Assembly: GCA_031389785.1 (NCBI GenBank)
Contig: JANMSX010000026.1
Coordinates: forward strand, 59,148 to 123,147
From: Desulfobulbaceae bacterium
Lineage (GTDB): Bacteria; Desulfobacterota; Desulfobulbia; Desulfobulbales; Desulfocapsaceae
Length of the DNA: 64,000 nucleotides
Direction of reading: 5' to 3'
Position numbers and translations under genes: made by a program. Under the pieces are notes generated by a model. The model had not been told where the DNA came from and ran no database searches. It saw nothing but the letters and a program-made list of their open reading frames with translations. Positions within the stretch are counted from its first letter, which is position 1. Every line of letters begins with the position of its first letter. This document shows, one piece after another, positions 18,402 through 27,629 of this stretch.

Positions 18402-19295
18402 TCAGCGCCCGAGCCGCAGCCAGGCCGATTTCACGGTATTCTTCATCAGCATGGCAATAGTCATCGGTCCGACCCCACCCGGCACCGGGGTGATCTTGCC
18501 GGCGATCTTCTTGGCGGCCTCAAAATCCACATCCCCCTTGAGAATAGCCTTACCGGTCGTCTCGTTCATTCCCACTCGATTGACCCCGACATCGATGACG
18601 GTCGCACCCGGTTTGATCCACTCGGGTTTCACCAGATCGGGAACCCCGGCAGCAACGATAAGGATATCGGCACGCTTGCAGTGAGACGCCAGATCTTTGG
18701 TCCTGGTATGAACTATCGTCACCGTGCTGTTGGCCCCCGGTCCTTTCTGGGCCATCATGATGGCGATCGGTTTGCCGACGATATTGGAGCGGCCGACAAC
18801 CACTACTTCAGCCCCCGAGGTCTCCGTTTCCGATCTCATGATCAGTTCCTGGATACCGGCCGGGGTACAGGGCGGATAGCGGACCTCGCTACCGCCGATC
18901 ATCAGGCGGCCGACGTTGACCGGATGAAAGCCATCGACATCCTTGTCCGGGTCGATGGCATTGAGTACCTTCTTTTCATCAATGTGCTTGGGAATCGGCA
19001 ACTGAACCAGGATTCCATCAATTGCCGGATCATTGTTGTATTTACTAATGAGACCGAGAAGATCGGCCTCGGAGATATTAACCGGCTGACTGTCCTGCAC
19101 CTCGTGGAAACCGAGTTCCTCCGCCGTCTTTATCTTCAAAGTGACATAGCTCATCGAGGCCGGATTCTCTCCGACCAGAATGGTAACAAGACCCGGTCCC
19201 CTGCCATGCTTGGCCTTCATCTCCCTGACTTCTTCCGCCAGTTCGCCAAGGATATCCTTGCGAATCTGGGTCCCGCTGATAAGCTGTGCAGTCAT
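18402..19295 (-). CDS. folD: Methylene-THF dehydrogenase/cyclohydrolase
   Basis: GILVQLP, KDVDGFHPVN, PCTPAG, GRSNIVGKP, TPVPGGVGPMT. Confidence 0.98.
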   Translation of the reverse strand: MTAQLISGTQIRKDILGELAEEVREMKAKHGRGPGLVTILVGENPASMSYVTLKIKTAEELGFHEVQDSQPVNISEADLLGLISKYNNDPAIDGILVQLPIPKHIDEKKVLNAIDPDKDVDGFHPVNVGRLMIGGSEVRYPPCTPAGIQELIMRSETETSGAEVVVVGRSNIVGKPIAIMMAQKGPGANSTVTIVHTRTKDLASHCKRADILIVAAGVPDLVKPEWIKPGATVIDVGVNRVGMNETTGKAILKGDVDFEAAKKIAGKITPVPGGVGPMTIAMLMKNTVKSAWLRLGR

Positions 19296-19412
19296 GCGCG
19301 TTCTCCTTCAGGTTTAATCGTTATCGTCTACCCCTCAACAAAGGCGAATCACCGGCTGAGCCGGCGGCAGAGAGAGAATACCTCTCCCCTTGCCGCCGGC
19401 CATGCGGCAGGA

Positions 19413-21185
19413 TTAGAAAACGCCCTTGACCTTGCCGGTCTCGACATCCACATCCACCCGTTTGAAGGCCGGATTGGAGCTGGTGCCGGGCATCAGGCTG
19501 ATGGCGCCGGCCACCGGCACGATGAATCCGGCACCGCCATAGGTGAGAACCTCGCGGATGGTCAGACGCCAGTTTGTCGGTACACCCTTGAGCGAAGGGT
19601 TGTCGGAGAGCGACAGGTGGGTCTTGACCATGCAGATACCCATCTTGGCCAGTTTCGGATCGGCCTGGAGCCTCTCGACGGATTTGGCGGCAGCCGGAGA
19701 GAAATCAACGCCATCGGCGCCGTAGACTTCCTTGGCGATCAGTTCGATACGTTCCTTTATCGGCATATCGAGATCGTAGAGGAATTTGAAATCGTTCTTG
19801 TCCTCACAGGCCTCGACCACGGTCTTGGCGAACTCAATGGCCCCTTCGCCACCATGCTCCCAATGCCTGGAAAGGGCGACCCTGGCCCCTTCGGCCTCGC
19901 ACAGCTCACGAACCTTGGCGATCTCGGCGTCGGTATCGGTGTAGAAAGCATTGATGCAGACAACCGGGCTGATGCCGGCCTTACGGACATTGCGGATATG
20001 GTGGATGAGGTTGCCGCAGCCCTTGGCTACCCATTCAACGTTCTCGGTCTGGTATTCTACCGGCATCGCCTTGCCGGGAACCGGCACCGGGGCGCCACCA
20101 TGACACTTCAGGGCGCGGATGGTGGCAACGACCACCGCACAATCCGGCTTGAGACCGGAGTAGCGGCATTTGAGATTCCAGAATTTCTCAAAACCGATGT
20201 CGGCACCGAAGCCTGACTCGGTGACATGGTAGTCGGCCAGCTTGAGGCCGATGCGGTCGGCGATGATCGAACTCTGACCGATGGCGATATTGGCAAACGG
20301 TCCGGCATGAACGATGACCGGCTGACCTTCCAGGGTCTGCATCAATGATGGGTTGATGGCCTCGACCATCCATGCGGTCATGGCGCCGGCCACCTGCAGG
20401 TCCTCAGTGGTTACCGGTTTGCCTGTTTTCGAGTAAGCGACGACGATCTTGCCCATCCTCTCCCGCATATCCTTCAGATCGGTGGCTATCGACAAGATGG
20501 CCATGACTTCGGAGGACACGGCGATACCGAACTTCGACTTCATCATGAAGCCGTCGGTTTTGCCGTTGACCCCGTCAATACCGATGATGATGTTGCGCAG
20601 GGCCTGGCAGCAGAAGTCCATGATAAAGCCCATCTCGACGTTGGTCGGGTCGATGTCCAGCCGCTTCATGCCGGACAGTCGCTCCAGTTGCTCGTCGTTG
20701 TAGTTGCGCTCATGCTGCAGGCGGGAGGTCAGGGCAACCATTGCCAGGTTGTGGGCGTTCATGATGGCGTTGATGTCGCCGGTGAAACCGAGGGAGAACG
20801 GAGTCAGCGGGATGCACTGGGCGAGACCACCGCCGGCTGCTGAACCCTTGATGTTCATGGTCGGACCGCCGGAAGGCTGACGGATGGCGGCACAGACTTT
20901 CTTGCCGATCTTGCCGAGGCCCTGAACCAGGCCCATGGAGGAGGTGGATTTGCCCTCGCCCAGCGGCGTCGGGGTGATGGCGGTGACGTCGATGTACTTG
21001 CCGTTCGGTTTGTCCTTCAGGCGTTCAAGTACTCTGCGGAAATCAATCTTGGCAATATAATGCCCGTGGGGAAGCAACTCATCCTTGGTCAGCCCAAGCT
21101 GTTCGCCGATCTCATAGATCGTCTTCATCGTCTTTTCAGCGTCTTCAGCAATTTCCCAATCCTGATGTTTTTTTGGATCTAGCAT
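19413..21185 (-). CDS. fhs: Formate-tetrahydrofolate ligase
   Basis: [47 protein letters not shown]. Confidence 0.98.
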   Translation of the reverse strand: MLDPKKHQDWEIAEDAEKTMKTIYEIGEQLGLTKDELLPHGHYIAKIDFRRVLERLKDKPNGKYIDVTAITPTPLGEGKSTSSMGLVQGLGKIGKKVCAAIRQPSGGPTMNIKGSAAGGGLAQCIPLTPFSLGFTGDINAIMNAHNLAMVALTSRLQHERNYNDEQLERLSGMKRLDIDPTNVEMGFIMDFCCQALRNIIIGIDGVNGKTDGFMMKSKFGIAVSSEVMAILSIATDLKDMRERMGKIVVAYSKTGKPVTTEDLQVAGAMTAWMVEAINPSLMQTLEGQPVIVHAGPFANIAIGQSSIIADRIGLKLADYHVTESGFGADIGFEKFWNLKCRYSGLKPDCAVVVATIRALKCHGGAPVPVPGKAMPVEYQTENVEWVAKGCGNLIHHIRNVRKAGISPVVCINAFYTDTDAEIAKVRELCEAEGARVALSRHWEHGGEGAIEFAKTVVEACEDKNDFKFLYDLDMPIKERIELIAKEVYGADGVDFSPAAAKSVERLQADPKLAKMGICMVKTHLSLSDNPSLKGVPTNWRLTIREVLTYGGAGFIVPVAGAISLMPGTSSNPAFKRVDVDVETGKVKGVF

Positions 21186-21614
21186 ATGGAATTCCTTTCA
21201 CGTTGATTCGATCATCGGGAAGACCGAATAATTTGATGAGCGTCTACATCAGCCGGTTGGGCACAACTCGCCCAACTTGCAACTTCCCCAGACCACTTTT
21301 CCCCGGAAAATCGCCAAAGCCTTTAACAGGGCCCCCGACAGCCCTGGATAAGCCTGCCTTCCGGAGACACACACATCCCTTTCCACCCGGAAAGAAAAAT
21401 TTCCCGGGCGACCATGCAATACAACGAATGGCAAATTTGAATCACTAAAGTTGTAGCTTACCCATAACGTCAAAGCAACTCATTTCTTCACGTAAACCAG
21501 CATTCATGCTGATAAATAATTGTGATGTAATTAATCAATAATACCAATTGACTGAAGCACGATTACCTGGTAGTTTTTTTCTCTGCCGGAGTTCTTTTCA
21601 CAAGGGAGATAATC

Positions 21615-23543
21615 ATGAATCACACCATCCGTTTCCTGCCGGACAATATTGTGATTTCCGTCGAAACAGGAGAAAACATCCTGACTGCTGCGGCCTCGGC
21701 CGGTATCTATATCCATGCCGCCTGCGGCGGCGAAGGGGTCTGCGGCAAATGCCGAATACAGTTGGAAGAAGGCTCGGAGGTCAAGACCTCCCACACCGCC
21801 AGCCTGAGCGAGGAAGACTACGCCAAGGGCGTCCGCCTCGCCTGTACCTCGAAGGCTGTATCGGATCTGGTCATCCGCATCCCGGAGACGGTTCTGGCGG
21901 ACGGCAGGGCCCTCAAATGCCGCCCCAAGACCACCAGGCCGATCACCGCAAAATCCCTCGAGGTCCTGGTAGGCTCCTGGGAAACCGCACCGCCGGTACG
22001 CAAACTCTTTCTGCAGTTGTCGCCACCGACACTTGACGACAATATCTCCGACATGCAGCGTCTCCTCCGCGGCATCAAAAAGGCCCTTCCCGACAGCCCG
22101 GAGCCGCACTACGACCATACCGAACTGCTGCGGGAACTCCCCTTCCTCCTCCGCGAGGCAGACTGGCAGGCGACCGTCATCCTGCTGCACGGCAAGCGCG
22201 CCGACGAGCCGGACACGATCATCGCCGTCGACCCAGGAGACACTACCGGCCGGCTCTACGGCCTGGCCTGCGATATCGGCACGACCACCGTCTGCGGCCT
22301 GCTCGTCGACCTGAACACCGGCCAGGTCGTAGCCGAGGCTTCGGGCTACAATGCCCAGATCGTCTACGGTACGGATATCATTTCGCGCATCATCTATTCG
22401 CTGAAAAGCCGTGGATTGAAGGCCCTGCAAGGCAAAGTCGTGGCGACGATCAACAACGTCATCGACGACCTCTGCCGCAAGGCCACCATCTGTCCAAGCG
22501 ATATCAGCTATATCATGACTGCGGGCAATACCGTCATGGCCCATCTGCTGCCCGGCATCAGCCCGAAATTCATCCGCGAGTCGCCCTATGTGCCGGGGAT
22601 GAGCCTCTTTCCGCTGACCAGGGCCGCCGACCTCGGGATCATGGCCCACCCATCCGTCCGCCTTTACCTCTACCCCTGCGTCTCGTCGTATGTCGGCGGC
22701 GATATCGTCGCCGGGGTCCATGCCTGCCGGATGCATATGAGCGATGAGGTCACGCTCTTCATCGATATCGGCACCAACGGCGAGATCGTCGTCGGCAATC
22801 GGGAATGGCTGATCTGCGCAGCCTGTTCGGCCGGGCCGGCCTTTGAGGGAGGGGGGATCAGGTTCGGCATGCGGGCGAGCGCCGGGGCCATCGAAAATTG
22901 CCACATCCACCCCGAGACCTTCGACCCGATGATTGTCACGATCGATAACACCCAGCCACGCGGAATCTGCGGTTCTGGCCTGATCGCCATCGTCTCGGAA
23001 CTGCTGGCTACGGGGATTATTGACCAGCGGGGAAAATTCAACCGGATTCTTGCCCACCCCCGCGTCCGCCAGGGCGCTGATGGTTGGGAATACGTGCTGG
23101 TCTGGTCACACGACTCACTGACCGGTGAAGACATCTCGCTCACCGAGATCGACCTCGACAATCTCATCAGGGCCAAAGGCGCGCTCTTCGCCGGCTATCA
23201 GACCCTGTTGGAGTCGGTCGGCCTCGGCTTTGCCGACCTTGACCGGGTGATCCTGGCCGGCAACTTCGGTCTCCATATCGACCTCGAACGGGCGATTGCC
23301 ATCGGCCTGCTGCCGGATCTCGAGCGGGAGCGGTTTTTCTACCTCGGCAATGCCTCGCTGCTTGGCTGCCGGATCAGCATCACCGACCATCGCCGATTCA
23401 TGGAGCGAACCCAGGTCAGGGCCCTTATGACCAATATGGAACTCTCCGACAGCCCCGGTTTCATGAACCATTACATCGCGGCGCTGTTCCTGCCGCACAC
23501 CGACATGAGTCTCTTCCCGACGGCCGTCAGGACGGGTACCTGA
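21615..23543 (+). CDS. Second ASKHA-domain corrinoid activator (RACo-like)
   Basis: AACGGEGVCGKC, DIGTTT, YVGGDIVAG, DIGTNGEIV, AGPAFEG, GICGSG; divergent from fhs. Confidence 0.92.
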   Translation: MNHTIRFLPDNIVISVETGENILTAAASAGIYIHAACGGEGVCGKCRIQLEEGSEVKTSHTASLSEEDYAKGVRLACTSKAVSDLVIRIPETVLADGRALKCRPKTTRPITAKSLEVLVGSWETAPPVRKLFLQLSPPTLDDNISDMQRLLRGIKKALPDSPEPHYDHTELLRELPFLLREADWQATVILLHGKRADEPDTIIAVDPGDTTGRLYGLACDIGTTTVCGLLVDLNTGQVVAEASGYNAQIVYGTDIISRIIYSLKSRGLKALQGKVVATINNVIDDLCRKATICPSDISYIMTAGNTVMAHLLPGISPKFIRESPYVPGMSLFPLTRAADLGIMAHPSVRLYLYPCVSSYVGGDIVAGVHACRMHMSDEVTLFIDIGTNGEIVVGNREWLICAACSAGPAFEGGGIRFGMRASAGAIENCHIHPETFDPMIVTIDNTQPRGICGSGLIAIVSELLATGIIDQRGKFNRILAHPRVRQGADGWEYVLVWSHDSLTGEDISLTEIDLDNLIRAKGALFAGYQTLLESVGLGFADLDRVILAGNFGLHIDLERAIAIGLLPDLERERFFYLGNASLLGCRISITDHRRFMERTQVRALMTNMELSDSPGFMNHYIAALFLPHTDMSLFPTAVRTGT

Positions 23544-23573
23544 GTAGAACAGGGAAATGCCGTCAGGCTGAAT

Positions 23574-25064
23574 CTAGGCCTCGGCGGCGGTTTTCATCGT
23601 TTCAATCAGCGGAAAACGGAGGGTGAAGGCCGTGCCGACGCCTGGTTCCGACTGCACGTCGATAAAGCCCTTATGTGCCTCGACAACCTTCTTGACAAGC
23701 GAGAGCCCGAGGCCGGACCCGGTGATATGGCGGGTCGCTTTGCCCTTGACTCGGAAAAAGCGGTCGAAGATATGCGGCAGGTCATCCTGACCGATACCGA
23801 TCCCGGAATCCCGGACCACAAGACTGGCCAGCCCCCCGGCCAGGGAGGTGGCAATCCTGATCCTGCCGCCGTCCGGCGTGTATTTCACGGCGTTTGAGAT
23901 GATATTGAGGAAAGCCGAGCGGATATGGTCATAATCGACATTGATCCACCAGTCCTCGTGACAGGGTTCGTAGTCTATCTTCAGTCCCCTGCCCTCGGCT
24001 TGAGGGGTGATAATCTCGATAATGTCTTCGACAATCTCCTTGCCCCTTATCGGTTCAAGGTGGAAGACCACGGTGCCGCTCTCGAGTTTGGAGAGATTGA
24101 GGAGGTTTTCAATCAACTGCAGGAGGTCTTTGGTCCGCACGACCATGCGGTTATGGAGGGCATTGCAGGAACTCAGCGTCTCGTACTTGCACCCAACCTG
24201 CAAGGCGTAGATCATCTGCTCGATTGAGGCCAGCGGGGACTTCAGCTCATGGGCGACCATCGCCACGAAGTCCGATTTCATCCGGTCGATCTCCTTGTGG
24301 GTGCTGATGTCCTCGAAGACCGTGACCGAGCCGAGGACCCCGCCGCTCGCCGATTTCACCGGCGAACAGTGGGCCCACAGGAATCTGCGCGAGATCGACC
24401 CCGGCGCAAACTCCCGGGTCACGACCTTCGCCTGTTCGATCGCCTCAAAGACCATCTCGACCGCCGCGGCGTCATTGATCGATGCTGCCAGCGGCTTGCC
24501 GACGACCGGATCGGTCTGGATCTCGAGGATGTTGATGGCCGCTGGATTGTGATGGACGACCAGGCCTTCGCGATCGGTGATGATCACCGCCTCGGCCATG
24601 CAGCTGAAGACGGTCTTCAGACGGCTCTGCTCCTGGTTTATCGCCGCCAGGCTGAGGGTCCGTTCCTCGCGAAGCTGCGCCGCCTCCTCCTGCAGCCTCA
24701 GCTTGTCGACCGCTTTGCGGACGACGATGCGGATATAATCGGGGGTGAAGGGCTTGCCGACGAAGTCGAATGCTCCCTGTTTCATCGCCGTCACCGCCTT
24801 CGACACCGTGGCGAAACCGGTGACGACGATCACCTCGATCTGGGGCTGGTTCTCCTTGATCCACTTCAACACGGCAAAGCCGTCGATACCGGGCATCATC
24901 AGATCGAGAAGGACGATGTCGCAGCCTTCGGCCTTGATCATCTCGATACCCCGTTCACCGCTCTCGGCCTTGGTCACGACATAACCCATCCCCGCCAGGG
25001 CCCGTTCAACCCCTTCACGGATCACCTTTTCATCATCGACGATCAAGATGCGGATATCACCCAT
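23574..25064 (-). CDS. Hybrid receiver-PAS-histidine kinase
   Basis: ILIVDDE...LLDLMMPG...KPF receiver; AHELKSPL HisKA; NAVKYT, DSGIGI, GSGLGL ATPase boxes. Confidence 0.93.
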   Translation of the reverse strand: MGDIRILIVDDEKVIREGVERALAGMGYVVTKAESGERGIEMIKAEGCDIVLLDLMMPGIDGFAVLKWIKENQPQIEVIVVTGFATVSKAVTAMKQGAFDFVGKPFTPDYIRIVVRKAVDKLRLQEEAAQLREERTLSLAAINQEQSRLKTVFSCMAEAVIITDREGLVVHHNPAAINILEIQTDPVVGKPLAASINDAAAVEMVFEAIEQAKVVTREFAPGSISRRFLWAHCSPVKSASGGVLGSVTVFEDISTHKEIDRMKSDFVAMVAHELKSPLASIEQMIYALQVGCKYETLSSCNALHNRMVVRTKDLLQLIENLLNLSKLESGTVVFHLEPIRGKEIVEDIIEIITPQAEGRGLKIDYEPCHEDWWINVDYDHIRSAFLNIISNAVKYTPDGGRIRIATSLAGGLASLVVRDSGIGIGQDDLPHIFDRFFRVKGKATRHITGSGLGLSLVKKVVEAHKGFIDVQSEPGVGTAFTLRFPLIETMKTAAEA

Positions 25065-25148
25065 GGCACTCCTGGTTGGGAAGAAGGTTAAGGCAGCTGA
25101 ACTTCCCGCCGCCGCCCGGACAATTCCGGGCGGCGGTTTACGGTCTCG

Positions 25149-25535
25149 TCATTTCAACCAGCCCTTGATAAGGCCGAGCAGCTCCGCCGGTTCAACCGGT
25201 TTCGGCATATAGTCCTCCGCCTCGCTCTCCAGCATGTCGCGATGGGTGTAGGTGCTGGTCGTCACCCGGTCAGCCACCGCCGTCAGCAGGATAATCGGGA
25301 TCTTCGCCGTCTGCGGGTCGGCCTTCAGCTTGGCGCAGGCCTCGTGACCGTTCATCACCGGCATCATCACGTCAAGGACGATGAGGTCGGGTTTTTCCAA
25401 GGCGACGGCCTCGAGACCCTCGGCGCCGTCGTAGGCGACCCGGACTTCGTAGCCGCCGTTTTCCACTATAACCTTGACTGCTTCAACGAAATCGGGATCA
25501 TCATCAATCAGCAGAATCTTTTTCTTTTCAGCCAT
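25149..25535 (-). CDS. Single-domain response regulator
   Basis: ILLIDDD, PDLIVLDVMMP, YMPKP. Confidence 0.93.
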   Translation of the reverse strand: MAEKKKILLIDDDPDFVEAVKVIVENGGYEVRVAYDGAEGLEAVALEKPDLIVLDVMMPVMNGHEACAKLKADPQTAKIPIILLTAVADRVTTSTYTHRDMLESEAEDYMPKPVEPAELLGLIKGWLK

Positions 25536-25582
25536 CTCTTTCCTCCATTAATCGTACGAAGTTGTCTTTCCTCTCTATCCTG

Positions 25583-26509
25583 TCACGCCACAATCGGCCG
25601 CGGGAGCAGACCAGCCCCCCCTATAATCTGATTCAGTTTTTCTTCCCATTCGATCGCCATGACATGGACCCCGGCGATGCCCTCCATCTCCTTCAGTTCC
25701 TGGATCAGCTCAATGCACATCTCGATGCCCTTTTCCGCCTGCTTTTCCTTGGGTTCATCGGCAATGCGCTTGATTACCGCATCGGGGATGTCCATGCCGG
25801 CCACCATCTTCTTCATGAACTTGGCCATGCCCGCCGACTTGAGCGGGGTCACCCCGGCCAGGATCTTGACCTTCTCATGCAGCCCCTGACGCTTGGCGTC
25901 TTCCAGGTAGATCTTGAACTTCTCCATATTATAGATGCACTGGGTCTGGACGAAATCGGCACCGGCCTGCATCTTCATCTTCAGGCGGGGAACCCTGATC
26001 TCAAATGGATCGGCGAAGGGATTGACGGCGCAGCCGATGAAGAACTTCGGCGCCCCGTCGAGCTTCTTGCCGGAGGGAAAGATCCCCTCGTCGCGCATCG
26101 TCTTGGTAAGATGGATGAGCTGCATCGAATCGATGTCGAAGACATTCTTGGCTTGGGGGTCGTCGCCGAATTTCTGGTGATCGCCGGACAGGCAGAGGAG
26201 GTTGCGCACCCCCAGGGCCGAGGCGCCGAGCAGATCGGACTGCAGGGCGATGCGGTTGCGATCCCGCACCACCATCTGCAGGAGCGGCTCGATGCCCATC
26301 TCCTTGAGCAGCATGCAGCCGGCGATGGAACTCATCCGCACCACCGAGGTCTGATTGTCGGTGACATTGCAGGCGTCGACGTTGCCCTTGACGAAAGCAG
26401 CCTTCCGCCGCACCACCTCGGGATCGGCGCCGCGGGGCGGACCGCATTCGGCCGTCACGGCGAAGTGACCGGCGGCCAGGACCTTTTCCAGATTGCTTTC
26501 CGCTTTCAT
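25583..26509 (-). CDS. metF: Methylenetetrahydrofolate reductase
   Basis: Start MKAESNL at 26509 (TGATG overlap with metV); TAECGPP, VTDNQ, RDRNRIALQ, LCLSGD, FVQTQ. Confidence 0.93.
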   Translation of the reverse strand: MKAESNLEKVLAAGHFAVTAECGPPRGADPEVVRRKAAFVKGNVDACNVTDNQTSVVRMSSIAGCMLLKEMGIEPLLQMVVRDRNRIALQSDLLGASALGVRNLLCLSGDHQKFGDDPQAKNVFDIDSMQLIHLTKTMRDEGIFPSGKKLDGAPKFFIGCAVNPFADPFEIRVPRLKMKMQAGADFVQTQCIYNMEKFKIYLEDAKRQGLHEKVKILAGVTPLKSAGMAKFMKKMVAGMDIPDAVIKRIADEPKEKQAEKGIEMCIELIQELKEMEGIAGVHVMAIEWEEKLNQIIGGAGLLPRPIVA

Positions 26510-27174
26510 CAGATCATATCCTCCCTGACAATGCGGCGGGGGCCGCCGTCTCTTGAGGTGTTCCATCCCTTGTAGGGCTTCAGTTTCGTGTAGTTGTCCA
26601 TCTGGCCGAGGGCCTTCAGGCGGTCGATGATCAGCTGCCAGCCGCAGGGCGTGTCCTTGCCGACCTCGCAGTGGCCCTGCACCGAGCCGCCGCAGGGACC
26701 GTGGAAGAGCGATTTGGCGCAGCGGGTCACCGGGCAGATGCCGCCGGTCAGGTGCAGCACGCAGTCACCGCAGCCCTGGCAGCGCTCGGCCCATTCACCC
26801 TGGCGTTCGGTCACCCCCAGAAAGCCGGTGTTAATCCCCGGCAGCGACGGGGTGGTGGTGTACTTCTCGGCGAGAAACTGGATGCCGGCGCCGCAGGCAA
26901 TGGAGAGCACCGCCTGGTAGTCCTGGACAAAGGAGCGGATCTGCTCAATGTACTCGGGGTCGCACTGGCGTTCAAGGCTGATCTCCTTGATGGTTATTTT
27001 GCGGCCCGCGGCCTCGCGCGCCAAGCGCAGGGTCGAGGCCAGGACCTGGACCTCCTTTTCCCCGCCGACCCGGCAGACCGTGACACAGCCGTAACAGCCG
27101 GCAACGATGATTTTGTCGTAGGGATCAAGCATCTCCAGTATCTCTTCGATCGGTTTCGGCGTTCCTGTAATCAT
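26509..27174 (-). CDS. metV: MTHFR small subunit MetV
   Basis: GCYGCVTVC, ERQCD, CQGCGDCVLHLTGGICPVTRCAKSLFHGPCGG...CGW; GGAGGAG RBS before ATG 27174. Confidence 0.9.
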   Translation of the reverse strand: MITGTPKPIEEILEMLDPYDKIIVAGCYGCVTVCRVGGEKEVQVLASTLRLAREAAGRKITIKEISLERQCDPEYIEQIRSFVQDYQAVLSIACGAGIQFLAEKYTTTPSLPGINTGFLGVTERQGEWAERCQGCGDCVLHLTGGICPVTRCAKSLFHGPCGGSVQGHCEVGKDTPCGWQLIIDRLKALGQMDNYTKLKPYKGWNTSRDGGPRRIVREDMI

Positions 27175-27197
27175 GGGCAACTCCTCCTGCCGGCCAT

Positions 27198-27629
27198 TCA
27201 GGCCTCGTTCATCCGGGCGATGTTGATGGGACTGGGCCCCATCTCCTGAATCTGCCCGACAAATTCATTGACAAAGGCGGCGAATTTCGCCCCTTCTCCG
27301 GCGCTGAGATTGAACATCCGGATCCGCTCGGCACCGATACGGATCCGCTCCAGAATCCCGCTGACCCGGGCGACCCGGGCCCGGGCCCGGATATTGCCTG
27401 AGAGGTAGTGGCAATCCCCCTCCAGACAGCCTATGACCATCACCCCGTCGGCCCCGTTCTCAAAGGCCGTGAGCATGAGCGATTCCTCTATCCTGCCCGT
27501 GCACGGCAGCATGACGATGCTGGTCGACGCGGGATACTGCCGTCTCTCCGAACCTGCCAGGTCCGCTGCGGTATATGCTCAATGGCGGCAGGCGAAGATG
27601 ATGACATTGGCAACAAACTCACCCATCAT
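27198..27629 (-). CDS. mvhD: MvhD-type [2Fe-2S] subunit, selenocysteine at codon 17
   Basis: MMGEFVANVIIFACRH-TGA-AYTAADLAG...LPCTGR...GADGV...GCLEGDCHY; TGA at 27579-27581 is in frame; ATG overlaps the hdrA stop. Confidence 0.9.
27549..27565 (-). promoter_or_regulatory. Putative bacterial SECIS hairpin
   Basis: CGGACCU-GGC-AGGUUCG stem-loop starting 13 nt after the UGA. Confidence 0.55.

Noticed and set aside
9089-20216. Long plus-strand ORFs (637, 486, 405, 523, 714 aa)
   Set aside because: All lie antisense to well-supported genes; expected in high-GC coding DNA.
21186-21614. Possible THF/ZTP riboswitch or Rex site between fhs and RACo
   Set aside because: No convincing consensus seen by eye; an Rfam/Infernal scan would be needed.
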